A stretch of DNA of 63,630 nt, filler included, from Octopus bimaculoides (lineage: Eukaryota), in NCBI RefSeq assembly GCF_001194135.2. It is 8 parts of 8 records of this genome, joined end to end, with 100 filler letters (N's around TTAATTAATTAA, not from the genome) between each part and the next. Parts side by side here need not be neighbours in the genome. Positions count along the whole stretch, not along the records: positions 32,748 to 42,790 come from NC_069000.1; positions 42,891 to 51,862 come from NC_068990.1; 6 more parts are not named here. One strand, written 5' to 3'. Made by a program: the position numbers and the translations under genes. Below, one piece after another: positions 34,571 through 46,964 of the stretch. Every line of letters starts with the position of its first letter. The stretch's first letter is position 1. The notes under the pieces were generated by a model that saw only the letters and a list, made by a program, of their open reading frames with translations, was not told the DNA's origin and searched no databases.

Positions 34571-35350
34571 AGGTGCAGGAGTGGCTGTGTGGTAAGTAGC
34601 TTGCTTACCAGCCACATGATTCTGGGTTCAGTCCCTCTGTGTGACACCTTGGGCAAGTGTCTCCTACTATAGCCTCGGGCTGACCAAAGCCTTGGGAGTG
34701 GATTTAGTAGATAGAAACTGAAAGAAGCTTGTTGTACAGGCACAGGAGTGGCTGTGTGGTAAGTAGCTTGCTTACCAGCCACATGGTTCCAGGTTCATTC
34801 CCACTGCGTGACACCTTGGGCAAGTGTCTTCTACTATAGGCTCGCACCAATCAAAGCCTTGTGAGTGGATTTGGTAAAGGAAACTGAAAGAAACCCGTTG
34901 TATATATGTATATATGTGTGTGTGTGTGTGTGTGTGTTTGTGTTTCTGTGTTTGTCCCCCCAACATCGTTTAACATGTGATGCTGGTGTGTTTATGTCCC
35001 TGTAACTTAGTGGTTTGGCAAAAAAAGACTGATAGAATAAGTACTTGGCTTACAAAGAATAAGTCCTGGGTTGATTTACTCGACTAAAAAAAAGGTGGTG
35101 CTCCAGCATGGCTGCAGTCAAATGACTGAGATAAGTAAAAGAATAAGAGAAAATATGTGTGTGTCTGTGTTTGTCCCTCCCGCACCATTGCTTGACAACT
35201 GATGTTGGTGTGTTTATGTTCCTGTAACTTAGCAGTTCGGCAAAAGACACCAATAGAATAAGTACTAGGCTTACAAAGAATATGTCCTGGGGTCGATTTG
35301 CTCGAATAAAGGAGGTGCTCCAGTATGGCTGCAGGCAAATGACTGAAACA
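34571..35350 (+). mobile_element. Tandem SINE family B pieces (5' part 34571-34735, full copy 34739-35140, 3' half 35150-35350)
   Basis: Repeated GGAGTGGCTGTGTGGTAAGTAGC heads and two tails. Confidence 0.8.
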
Positions 35351-35362
35351 GTGGGAGGAGGA

Positions 35363-35520
35363 GACCCCTTTTGGTCACGAATGACCATGGGATTGCACCT
35401 AGAAAGTTACCCTCCGTGGCACTAGTCCGGGCAAGGTTGTTTGTGGAGCGCCAGCAGTTACCCATGCATACCAGCCTCCCCTCTTCACACCACTGAAGTT
35501 ATCCAAGGGAAAAACTGGTA
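35363..35520 (-). mobile_element. SINE family D, 3' fragment
   Basis: Inverted match to about 12580-12730. Confidence 0.6.
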
Positions 35521-36054
35521 GTGGGATCGTTTCAACTCTGTGCAAGTATATGTGTGTATGTGTGTGCGTGTACAAGAGAATTATGTGAATGTTTGTGTGT
35601 GTGAACCAGCGTTCTTTCAGTAACAAACAATGATCGATGTCACATCTCAAAAGATAACCACTAGATAACATTGACAAATATATTAATTTGATTTACCATC
35701 CATATTTTGATGGCACAGGGCCAGTTAGTTATTTATAATAAGGCAAGCTGCTATAATCGTTAACACATTGGACAAAATGCTTAATGGTAGTTCTTCCTGT
35801 TCTTTATGTTCAGAGTTGAAAAGGTTTGCTTTTCATCGATAAAATCAATAAAATAAATATCAGTTGTGTACTGGGGGTGAATGGAATCAATAAGACCTTT
35901 CTCCCTAAAGTCCAAGCTTTGAGCCAATAGTAGAATGAATTAACATCATCATTAATAATTATTATTAGGGTTTTTATTTATATTTCTTTCCATCACAACT
36001 GCCACCATGCTGTTGTTGACATCTTCATCATTTTCATTGCAATTACTATCAGTA

Positions 36055-36076
36055 TCATGATTATCTTAACCATCAC

Positions 36077-36115
<39 letters not shown>

Positions 36116-36324
36116 CATCATCATCCTCATCATCATCCTTCTCCTCCTCTTACCTCCTCTTACCTCCTCCTCTTACCTCCTCCTCTTACCTCTTCCTCTT
36201 ACCTCCTCCTCTTACCTCCTCCTCTTACCTCCTCCTCTTACCTCCTCCTCTTACTTCCTCCTCTTACCTCCTCCTCTTACCTCCTCCTCTTACCTCCTCC
36301 TCTTACCTCCTCCTCCCCTCCCCT
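36055..36324. repeat. (CAT)n grading into a (CCTCCTCTTA)-type minisatellite, cut by a gap
   Basis: Directly visible. Confidence 0.9.
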
Positions 36325-36705
36325 NNNNNNNNNNNNNNNNNNNNNNNNNNNNNNNNNNNNNNNNNNNNNNNNNNNNNNNNNNNNNNNNNNNNNNNNNNNN
36401 NNNNNNNNNNNNNNNNNNNNNNNNNNNNNNNNNNNNNNNNNNNNNNNNNNNNNNNNNNNNNNNNNNNNNNNNNNNNNNNNNNNNNNNNNNNNNNNNNNNN
36501 NNNNNNNNNNNNNNNNNNNNNNNNNNNNNNNNNNNNNNNNNNNNNNNNNNNNNNNNNNNNCATCATCATCATCATCATCGTTTCTCACTGGAAAAGTGAA
36601 AGGAGAAAGATATTTCTAATGTAATTTTCATTGCCAGAAAGCCAACACTTGCCATAATTGATTCCACATCTCCAAGTGTGAAACTGTTATTATATTTACT
36701 CTCTC

Positions 36706-36737
<32 letters not shown>

Positions 36738-37067
36738 GCACCCACCCACCCCCACACCCACACCCACACACATACATACACACCTCCACACATATACACA
36801 CACACAGACACATGCACACACACACACATACACACACACACAAATGCATGCATGCACATACACACACAAACATACACGCACACATACAAGGAGAGGAGGC
36901 AGTAAGAGAATAAGTCAAAATAGTGATAAAAAGCCCACCCAAAACTTTCAAATTGTAATGCTAAAAAAATTTAATAAACACCAATAAAATGAAGAAGAAA
37001 TTTAATAAAAATATAAAAGGGAAGTCATATTTTTTTGTCATCAAATATTTCTTTGTTTGCATTGCTC

Positions 37068-37505
37068 TTATCATCATCATCATCATCATCATCGTCATCA
37101 TCATCGTCATCATTGTTGTCATCGTTATCACCACCATCATCAGCCACCACTGTCTTCATCATCGCCATCGTCGTCATCATCACCATCATCATCATCACCA
37201 CCACCACCACCACCACCACCACCACCACCACTACTACCACCACCACCACTGCCACCACCACAAACAACCACCACCACCACCATCATCATCTTCATCATAG
37301 TCATCATCATCATCATCATCATCACTATCATCGTCGTTATCATCATCGTCGTTGTCATCATCGTCGCCGTCGTCATCATCGTCGTCATCATCATCGTCGT
37401 CATCATCGTCATCATCGTCGTCATTTTCGTTATCATCATCTTCATCGTCATCATCATCGTCGTCGTCATCGTCATCGTCGTCGTTGTTGTCATCATTGTC
37501 ACCAC
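37068..37505. repeat. Compound (CAT/CAC/CGT)n tract
   Basis: Directly visible. Confidence 0.9.
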
Positions 37506-37509
37506 CCAA

Positions 37510-38661
37510 AATTTGACATAGAAAGGTTATATATACAACATATCGAAGGTGGTAGAGGCGCTATACAGCTAGAAAACTGTTACAAAATAACCACCATAGG
37601 ACTGCAAAAATACATACTTCAGAAGCAAGGAACACTAATACAAATAGCCATAAAACACGAACAAAACAAATAACTGTTTTCAGTCTTTAAGGAAGCTGAT
37701 AAATATGAAAACGAAGTCATAGTACCTAACAACGATGAAGAAAAAGAAGAAACAATAAAAGCTGTAAAACAACTGAAATCCAAACTAAAACTGGAACAGC
37801 AACGGACCATGATAAAACGATGGCAAGAAAACCCCTTCATGGCAAATACTGGGCTAAACTAAACGCAAAAGAAATAGACAAAGCAAAATCCCAGCAATGG
37901 CTGAGAAGCTGAAGGATTTTTAATTGCAGCACAAGACCAAAGCCTCCCCACCAGAAATTACCAAAAACATATAGGTGCAGGAGTGGGCTGTGTGGTAAGA
38001 AGCTTGCTTCCCAACCTCATGGATCCGAGTTCAGTCCCACTGCATTGCACCTTCAACTAGAATCAGTGGTTCTCAACCAGTTTTTACTACACTCTCTGAG
38101 TGGTTGGTGTTAGGAAGGGCATCCAGCTGTAGAAACTCTGCCAAATTTAGATTGGAGCCTGGTGTTGCCATCCGGTTTCACCAGTCCTCAGTCAAATCGT
38201 CCAACCCATGCTAGCATGGAAAGCGGACGTTAAACGATGATGATGATGATGATGATGATATAATGAAAAGAAATATGTGGAGATGGACAAGAAACAATAA
38301 ATCATATTGTCTCTGGCTGCCCAGTCCTGGCTAAGAAGGAATATATTCATAGACACGACAGAGTTGGGATCTACATACACTGGAAGCTATAGCAACACTA
38401 TGGAATAACAATAAAAAAAAGATGGTATAAGCACACGCCAGAAAAGGTCACAGAAAATGAGAAAGCAACCATACTCTGGGATATGCCAATACACACAGAT
38501 AGAGAAATTAAGGCTAATAGGCCAGATATAGTTTTCAGAGATCATGAAGAAAAAAATGCTTTCTAATCGATGTATCAATACCAACAGAAAACGTTTCTCT
38601 AAAAGAAATGGAGAAACTTTCAAAATATAAAGACTTGGAAATAGAGGTAACTCAGATGTGG
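37510..38661 (+). mobile_element. Degenerate R4/Dong-like LINE fragment (post-RT region, CCHC knuckle, RLE), interrupted at about 37975-38260
   Basis: RLYIQHIEGGRGAIQL; EGFLIAAQDQSLPTRNY; CGDGQETINHIVSGCPVLAKKEYIHRHD; RPDIV..LIDVSIP..EKLSKYKDL; contains stops and frameshifts. Confidence 0.8.
38088..38258 (+). mobile_element. Family E 3' portion nested inside the LINE fragment
   Basis: Near-identical to 9920-10086. Confidence 0.7.
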
Positions 38662-39316
38662 ATGTGTGCAGTGCCTAGTAGTGCTATTTTCTGTATGTTA
38701 TATTCATTTGTAAGACCTTGTGTTTTGGTTATGTATTTGTCTGAATGTTTTTTAATCAGACCTAATGCAACTATTATTATAAGGATTGCTTCTGTTTTTA
38801 GACTCCACATTCGAGCTACTTTTATTTCCAGATCTTTGTATTTTGAGAGCTTCTTCATTTCTTTTAGAGATACTTTGTCTCTGTTGGTATTGATACATCG
38901 ATTAGAAGGCATTTTTTTCTTGGTGATCTCTGACAATTATATCTGGTCTATTAGCCTTGATTTCTTTATCTGTGTGTATTGGCATACCCCAGAGTATAGT
39001 TACTTTCTCATTTTCTGAGGCCTTTTCTTGGGTGTGCCTACACCATCTTTTTTCTCTTGTTATTCCATAGTGTTGGCATAACTTCCAATGTACATAAGCC
39101 CCAACTCTATCATATCTGTGGATATATTCCTTCTTAGCCAGGACTGGGCAGCCAGAAACAATATGGTTTCTTATTTCTTCTCAACTGCCACATATTCTGC
39201 AGTTGTATTATTTTCCATTATGTGTTTTTGGTGATTTCTGGTGGGAAGGCTTCGATCTTGTGCTACAATTAAAAATCCTTCAGTCTCTTTGTGTCCTGAA
39301 CTTCTCTGCCATTGTT
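38661..39316 (-). mobile_element. Second R4/Dong-like LINE fragment, inverted relative to the preceding one
   Basis: Same motifs on the minus strand ending at LLGTAHI; homologous to 37890-38660. Confidence 0.8.
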
Positions 39317-39419
39317 GGCATTTTACTTCTTCTTCTTGTTCTTCTTGTTCTTGTTCTTCTTGCTCTTCTCCTCCTCCTCCTCCTCCTTATTATTATCATT
39401 ATTATTATTATTATTATTA

Positions 39420-39635
39420 CTAGGTTGTGAGCTGACAGAATCATTAGCATGTTGGGTAGAACACTTAGTGGCATTTTGCCCATCACTGCGTTCTGAGTTC
39501 AAATTCTGCTGAGATCAGCTCTGCTTTTCATCCCTTCAAAATCAATGAAGTAAGTAACAGTTGAACACTGGGGTCGATGTAATCGACTCATTCTCTCCCC
39601 CAAAATTGCTGCCCTTGTGGAAAAATTTGAAACTA
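39420..39635 (+). mobile_element. SINE family A (CpG-decayed)
   Basis: GAGTTCAAATTC and CTGGGGTCGATGTAATCGAC motifs. Confidence 0.65.
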
Positions 39636-40080
39636 TTATTATTATTATTATTATATGGAACCTCATAGCTTATTTTGCTGGGTATGATGGAAAATGCCAG
39701 CTGCCCACAGCCAGCAGACTAAGGTGAGACTTTTTTACTGGTCATGCTTCAAGAACTCTGCAAAGAATTCTTGCAGTTCCAAGCAATGCTGATTTTTGTA
39801 GGTGTTCTACTTTCACACTTGCACCAACCTTTTTCAGCCATGTTGGTAGTTGAGTGCTGATACTTCCAAGGGCGCCAATTACTATTGGTATCACGTCTAC
39901 TCTCTTCATTGACCACAACCTTCGTATTTCCCACTTCAAATCATCATAGCTGTTTACTTTTTCTTCTTCTTTCTCATTGATCCTGTTGTCACCGGGGCAT
40001 GCTATGTCAATTATCATACATGTTCTTTCTTTTTTATTCATCACAACAATGTCCGGTTTCCGATGTCTGGTCAGGTAATT
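39635..40080 (-). mobile_element. 5'-truncated RLE LINE of a second family, flanked by TAA-type repeats
   Basis: RKPDIVV..IIDIACPGD..EEEKVNSYDDLKWEIRRLW..IPIVIGALG..LQKSALLGTARILCRVL*; (TAA)n-like tracts at both ends. Confidence 0.8.
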
Positions 40081-40404
40081 ATCATCATTATTATTACTAT
40101 TGTTATTATTACTATATTTGAATTTCATAGTGCAAAGATGTGTTTTTGGTTCTCCCTTCAAGAAATATTTTATTTAAGCATTACTAAATGACGTTTTCTT
40201 TGGAGTACTTCTAAAAATGAGCCATAACAGCATAAAGAAGTGCTTCCCTCAATGCCAAGCTTTAGACATTACATTATCACAATCAAAATGGTTACTACAT
40301 ACTATCATGCTACAAAACTGGACACTACAATGGCCAAAACAAGAACACAAAATCAAAACACAAAACTAAATATAGAAGAGAGAGAAGAAAACGAACAGTA
40401 TTTT

Positions 40405-40856
40405 TTATTTGTTTCAGTCATTAGACTGTGACCATGTTTTGAAGAATTTTTAGACAAATGAATCGACCCCAGTACTTTTTTTTTTAAAGCCTGGTACTTA
40501 CTCTATCAATCTCTTTTGCCAAACTGCTATGTTAGGGAGATGTAAACACACTAACACCACTTATCACGTGGTGGTGATGGACAAACACAGATACAAAGAC
40601 ACACACACACACATACATGCATGCATACATGTGCGCGCATGCATGTGCGCGCATGCACACACACACACACAGATACACAGGCACACATATATATGATGGG
40701 CTTCTTTCAGTTTCCATCTATGAAATCCACTCACAAGGCATTGGTCAGCCCATGGCTACAGTGGAAACATTTGACCAAGGTGGCACGCAGTGGGACTGAA
40801 CCCAGAACTATGTATTCAGGAAGCAAGCTTCTTACCACACAGCCACGTCCGTGCCT
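40405..40856 (-). mobile_element. SINE family B (CpG-decayed)
   Basis: Reverse-complement head, core and tail. Confidence 0.75.
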
Positions 40857-41509
40857 ATTGAACAATAAAAATAATTTAGAGCAAAAAATAACTAGGAAGA
40901 AATGCATCAATGACAATAGTAACTCACGTGATTCCAAATACTGCAGACCATTCTTATAACAGCTGTACAATGGTAAACCTTCCTTCAATGCAAAATGAAA
41001 ATATAGAATTTTTTGATCTATCACAGTTACAAAGAAAATATGTAGATAGAAGGATTTTGTGAAACCAAAGGGCATTTTTGTGCCACAGAAGAGAGCAAAG
41101 AGAAAAATTAGATATCTTTACTTACAACTGATGGAAGTGATTTATACTCTCCCTTATGTCAATAAGATATCCAGGTCATATCAATAAAACATATATCACA
41201 TTAATAAAAGGAAAAATCTCTGGCACTATCTGCTGAGCCTATAACATGAAAGACACAGCCAACACACAGGCTGGAATTGTTATATATCTCTCTGACTATA
41301 CATTTGTGCTCTGGTACATGGACCAAAAAGCTCAAGAGTCACATAAAAGACATCAGATACTATGTAGATCCATGGTCAGTAGTAAGGAAATGAAGAAAAA
41401 CATGCAAACTTGAGAGAAACTCCTCAGAATTTGCATGAAGAGACTGCAAGAAAGCCACATTCGTAGTGGCCCAGAGCCTTTGGAGAAAATGGCTAGGAGA
41501 ACACCAACA

Positions 41510-41710
41510 TGTTGGTTTCAAATTTTGGTAGATGGTCAGTGATTTCAGGGGAAAGGGTACACCGATCCCATTGTTCAACTGGTGCTTATTTTACTGATGC
41601 TGAAAGGATGAAAGACAAAGTTGACCCTGGTGACATTTGGACTCAGAACATAAAGTCAGAAAAAATGCCAATAAACATTTTTCCCAGTGTAGTAACAATT
41701 CTCCCTGCAT
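41510..41710 (-). mobile_element. SINE family A (strongly decayed)
   Basis: GGATGAAAGACAAAGTTGACC and GAACTCAGAAC-like motifs. Confidence 0.55.
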
Positions 41711-42531
41711 GCTGCCTTGGAGAACACTAGCATATTGGTGCCTGTGAGTTAAGAGCTGGGAAAGTTCAAATTACTACACATTTTCAAATGTAAAAATGCT
41801 TGAGAAAGATATGGAGTGACATGGACTTCAGTTGAGCTGGGCAACATGGCAGTATTGCAGTGCAACAGTTTTCTCAGAAGCCCATGTTCTGAGGTATTTT
41901 TTATCCCATGCAGGAGCAAAAATGTTGCTCTCGTTGCTACTCAAATGAACAGATGATGAAGAAAATAAAAGTGTTGGATGTTCCACAAAAATTGTGCATC
42001 AGGTGGACAGTGGTATGTGTTGTCCTTGAGGGAGGGAACATGCTCCTGATAGTAAAAAGTCACCAGAAAAATTGTTGAGCATTGCATTGGTTGTCTTAAT
42101 CCAGGTAAACCAGATAACTTGGAGAAAATTCAGTACCTAATAGAGCTCCCAAGTAAGTGCCAAATTGCATGTTATGACGGAAAATGGAAAACCTATGTAC
42201 CACATATAATAGCATTTGAGAGCTCTCTGTCCATAACAACAAAAGACAGGCTGTTTCAAAGAAATGAAGAGTTTAGTAAATGATAAACAAGGAAGCCATC
42301 ATTAAGCTAGTATGTAGAATATCAATCAACATAAAATTTTGATGGATAGTTTTTAAATTAGACCATTTTGAAACAGAAAGTGTTTTTTTTATTTAAGAAC
42401 CAGGGGCCATCTCAGGCTGTGGTACTAGGGCTGGGTACAACAGGGTTAAAACATGGAGGACATCAATAGAGTCAAGATGAAACCAGTTATACAGTTCAAT
42501 GAAAATGAATGTAGTCTTTTGAAAGGGCATG

Positions 42532-42570
<39 letters not shown>

Positions 42571-42890
42571 GAAGGTTTGAAAATGCACTTATTTTTAAAA
42601 AATATTTATTTACTTAACCGGTTTCACTTTTTTAGAAAAAGATTATCAAAAGTCTTTGAGAATAATAAAAAATGTTAAAAAACAGTCTGAGTATTAAAAT
42701 GCATATATACATTCTTTGATGATAAAATATATTTAAAGTATAAAGCTTTGTATGAACTTTGTAGTGTTACATACTGATTGTCATATTAAGNNNNNNNNNN
42801 NNNNNNNNNNNNNNNNNNNNNNNNNNNNNNNNNNTTAATTAATTAANNNNNNNNNNNNNNNNNNNNNNNNNNNNNNNNNNNNNNNNNNNN

Positions 42891-43010
42891 GGTGGTGTTG
42901 AAAACAAATAGATGTATTAGTATAACGCTCGGGAAATGAGAAAGTCTTTAACGTTTCGAGCCTACGGTCTTCCACGGAAAGGAACACAGAAAGAAACAAG
43001 GAGAGAAAAA
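42891..43010 (-). mobile_element. Penelope-like terminal repeat fragment
   Basis: Homologous to 61035-61155; carries the hammerhead-like motif. Confidence 0.45.
42946..42981 (-). ncRNA. Hammerhead-like motif with variant core (third family)
   Basis: Reverse complement: CTTT-CCGTGGA-A-GACC(gtag)GCTC-GAAA-CGT-T|AAAG. Confidence 0.35.
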
Positions 43011-44440
43011 ATATATAGATAGATAGATAGATAGATAGGTAATAATTATTATAGATATATAATAATAATATAATTATAATTATAATTATAATTGAGGGAA
43101 CTAGAGAGGTATACCAGAAATAGGAGTCAAAATTATGTTTTCTGCTCACCATTAATGAGGTCTTCTTGAGCAAAAAGAAAAAAAATATTGAACTCGGAAC
43201 ATAGCGGCGGGCGAAATACCGCTAAGCATTTCGTCCAGTGTGCTAATATTTCTGTCATTTCGCTGCTTAATATAATAATAATAATAATAATAATAATGTT
43301 GATGATGATGGTAATTGCCAGGGTTGATTTGTTTAACTAAACCCTTTAAGGCGGTGCTACAGCATCGTCGCTGCCCAATGACTGAAACAAGTAAAAGATA
43401 ACCTCGGTAAGATTCGAACTCGGAGAAACATATATCACTACTTTATAAGCATTGAATGTGGGCTCGAGATTGGCGTAATTCTGTCTTGAAATGACATTTA
43501 ATCTGCTGCTCTACATCAGCGTTATCAACTGTCAAAGAATTTAACCTAGTTAATCGTAAAACAACCACGAAATAAGATTAATTTTATTTTGTGGCTGTTT
43601 TACGGAGAAATCTATAAACGATATCAAATTTTATTACCGTTAAATTGTGTTTAGCATGATACGTGAATATTCTTTTCTCAGTAGACACAAACCGATATTT
43701 TCTATATACTTTAAAACGTTTAATGGTATTCGCATCAGAATTATTTGTATATAACATAGCAGGAGCTATAGAGTTATAATTTTATAATATAAGCTCGCTT
43801 GTCAAAAGCTGATAATCTAAAGCGCTTCCTCAACAGACACGAAACAGATACGTCAAATTATTTGAGGGTATTTAATCAGCCATCTTGGAAACCAAAGTCT
43901 TCTAATTGCTAAAATTGATGTTTCATTTAATTCTGACTCCCAAAACTGCAATTAATTTTGTATTTTTCCGAATGATACCTGGTTGTCAACATCATCAATT
44001 ATGTGGAATCATTTTCCCATAAATCTTTGCTTTCCTTCTCCGTTTATAGCCTTGTACATTAGCTAATCTGCTTTTAAATGTTACATTAGGAAATATTAAA
44101 GTCGTTGATGACTGGCTAGGACAAACGAAATAAAATAACAGTTATTTATCGTTAATGACAAAACGAAGAGGGAGCCGCTTTGTAGTCACTCGCTTTGCTG
44201 GAAATAACAGCCAGATATCTCAACTCATACCGTGCTGTCTTAAATACCTGAAGCACATTAAATAAAGTCGCTTCGCTGGAATGTGCAGCCAGATACCTCA
44301 ATTCAAACCTTGCAGTCTCAAATACCGTGAATTGAGTTCAAATATCTCTAAGGTCGATTTTTTGACATCTCCCTTTTTAATGAAGTAGTTACAAAGTCAA
44401 AAAGAGAGGCTCTACGTAATCGTTCGACATGCTAGAAATA

Positions 44441-44589
44441 CGGGGTGGGCCAAAAGTCACGCACAAAATAAGTTCAGTACCGTGTGGAATTGTCAAAGAC
44501 ATGCTTCAGTTTCTCTAAAATTGAATAAAATAATGATGACTAAACACGCATTAGTACATGATGAACGACGTGAATAATAATAATAATAA

Positions 44590-44646
<57 letters not shown>

Positions 44647-44698
44647 CGCAATATAAATAAAATGTCGTGTTTTGGTGCGTAACTTTTGGCCCACCATT
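44441..44698. mobile_element. Tc1/mariner-like MITE with TA TSD
   Basis: 24-bp TIRs (core GGTGGGCCAAAAGT[C/T]ACGCAC) at 44441-44464 and 44675-44698, TA on both sides, internal (TAA)(TAG)n. Confidence 0.7.
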
Positions 44699-44814
44699 TA
44701 CTCTCCAAAATTTATCAAACTGTGCATCCTACAAATTTGAAAAAATAAAATACAAAAAATAATAATAATAATAATAATAATCAATCTGGGGTAGACATGG
44801 CCAGTTCTTTTTCT

Positions 44815-45030
44815 AAAATGGTTTCAGATTTTAACACAAGGCCATCAGTTTTTTAGTGGGTGTGAATTAGTTGATTACATCGACTCGAGTACTTGACTGG
44901 TACTTTATTTTGTCGACCCTAAAAAGATAAAAGGCCATGTCGACCTAGCCGGAATTCGAGCTCAGAAAGCAACAAGTTAGAAGAAAACGCTGGTATATTG
45001 TCCGACGCGCTAACGATTCTGCCAGCTCTA
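44815..45030 (-). mobile_element. SINE family A
   Basis: Reverse-complement body ending GATTCTGCCAGCTC. Confidence 0.65.
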
Positions 45031-45619
45031 AAATAAACCAATATTTTATCTGTCTTATGTGGTGATTGCGGTAAAGCAAAATTTTAACTACTTCCACGCA
45101 AGGACAGAGTTGCTCGGCTCGGCCTGGGGTTAAATAACAACTATTAATGCAACGATATTGCATCAATACTTCTTTCCATTTATTAAATCAAAGATTGAAC
45201 CCAGAGAAAGTCACGTGTTTGATTAGGATTAATTCCTTCACAGATCCATCCTACTCTTCACCTCAGTCTGCCTTAGTATCCCCCATCCTCCACTCTCTCC
45301 AGATTTGCTTTCTCCATTCATATTTTTCTATCGTTACCATAACAGTTTCTGGTCCTCAGAACTGGCTGGTTTCGTACCTTTTCCACTCAGGCGTTTCTTA
45401 CTCGATCTTCACTTTTCATTACTCATCTTGTGTCTACACAACCAAGGTCACACACTGACCGCATCACCCGATCCTTCTTCCTAAGAACAGTGTTCACCAA
45501 AACCCTTGTCTTTCTTGCTGGTATCAGTTCACAACTTGTTAACGTTACCGCTAGAGATTTTCTTTAGAAATCCGTAGATGTAATAGCACTGCTAACACAG
45601 AAGAACACAATACTGACTT

Positions 45620-45820
45620 ACTCTGTTTAATTGTTTCAGTCATTTGACTGCGGCCATGCTGGAGCACCGCCTTTAGTCGAGCAAATCGACCTCAGGACTT
45701 ATTCTTTGTAAGCCTAGTACTTATTCTATCGGTCCTTTTTGCCGAACCGCTAAGTTACGGGGACGTAAACACACCACCATCGGTTATCAAGCGATGTTGG
45801 GGGGACAAACACAGGCATAT

Positions 45821-45859
<39 letters not shown>
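45620..45859 (-). mobile_element. SINE family B, 3' half, cut by a gap
   Basis: Near-consensus sequence with CpGs intact. Confidence 0.85.
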
Positions 45860-46964
45860 NNNNNNNNNNNNNNNNNNNNNNNNNNNNNNNNNNNNNNNNN
45901 NNNNNNNNNNNNNNNNNNNNNNNNNNNNNNNNNNNNNNNNNNNNNNNNNNNNNNNNNNNNNNNNNNNNNNNNNNNNNNNNNNNNNNNNNNNNNNNNNNNN
46001 NNNCCTGCGCTTTTTAATATACTTTGTGGTATATTATGGTTGCATAACGAAATATGGTATTCTTACAAGCCATTAACAGTCCACAACCGTTTGAGCAGTA
46101 TAGCGGCACATTAACGGCATCAGTCTCATTGGTTTCGCTGGACCCACAACGAATTTGGGCATCACCTCTTCCTCTAAACCCAGTAAAAAAAAAAAAAAAA
46201 TTAAGATACATGTAACGGTGATGCCCCACTATGGTTGCAGCCTCTGGCTGAAACCGATAATAAGAAATAATAGAATAAGGACCATCTGGGGTGGCTAAAG
46301 GAAACCAGTATATTTAGATCGATATAATTTGCTCTAGTTTCTCTTCCCTACATAACTGACCTTACACCCAACGAAGAATAAAATATGTTTGTAGTAATGC
46401 TTATCAGGTACAATCTTTCAAATTATCGGAGAATGTCTTGAAGGCAGAATCAATAAGACATATTTAGTTTCAGTTCCAATGAATTGGAAACTTTTAGCTA
46501 TGCTGCTAAGAGATGATATTAAATATTTATTTCCAACTAATGTGTGCAGATAGAATAAATGTGAAGTATTTCATTTTGGGTATATTAGATGGGTTATGGC
46601 GTTTAAGTGAAGCTTTGCATTTCATATTACTTCCTCATCTTCCAAAATCTAGGAAAGTAATCTATCACATTATTTTGCCTAAGTAAATTATCTCACAAAA
46701 TTACTCTGGTTAAATCGATCAGTTGCATTTGTGGTCAAAACGCCGAAGGTTTGCATTATATCCTTCAGCTCCGTGTTTTTGTTTAAAATATATTTTGTGG
46801 GGGTTTTTTGAGGTGAGGGGTTCGTTTATAAAACTAGGAAGAAAGAACTGTTGAGAACGTTTAACCCCAGGTCAGCTCTAATACACCTTTGGTCGAAAGA
46901 TGCGACCAAACTCGGTCCAGCCTTGACCATCCTTTAGCTTATTCACATGTGGAGTATATTTTGT

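Noticed and set aside
40900-42340. Possible decayed transposase or LINE ORF
   Set aside because: The sequence is complex and non-microsatellite, but I could not read any diagnostic motif; BLASTX is needed.
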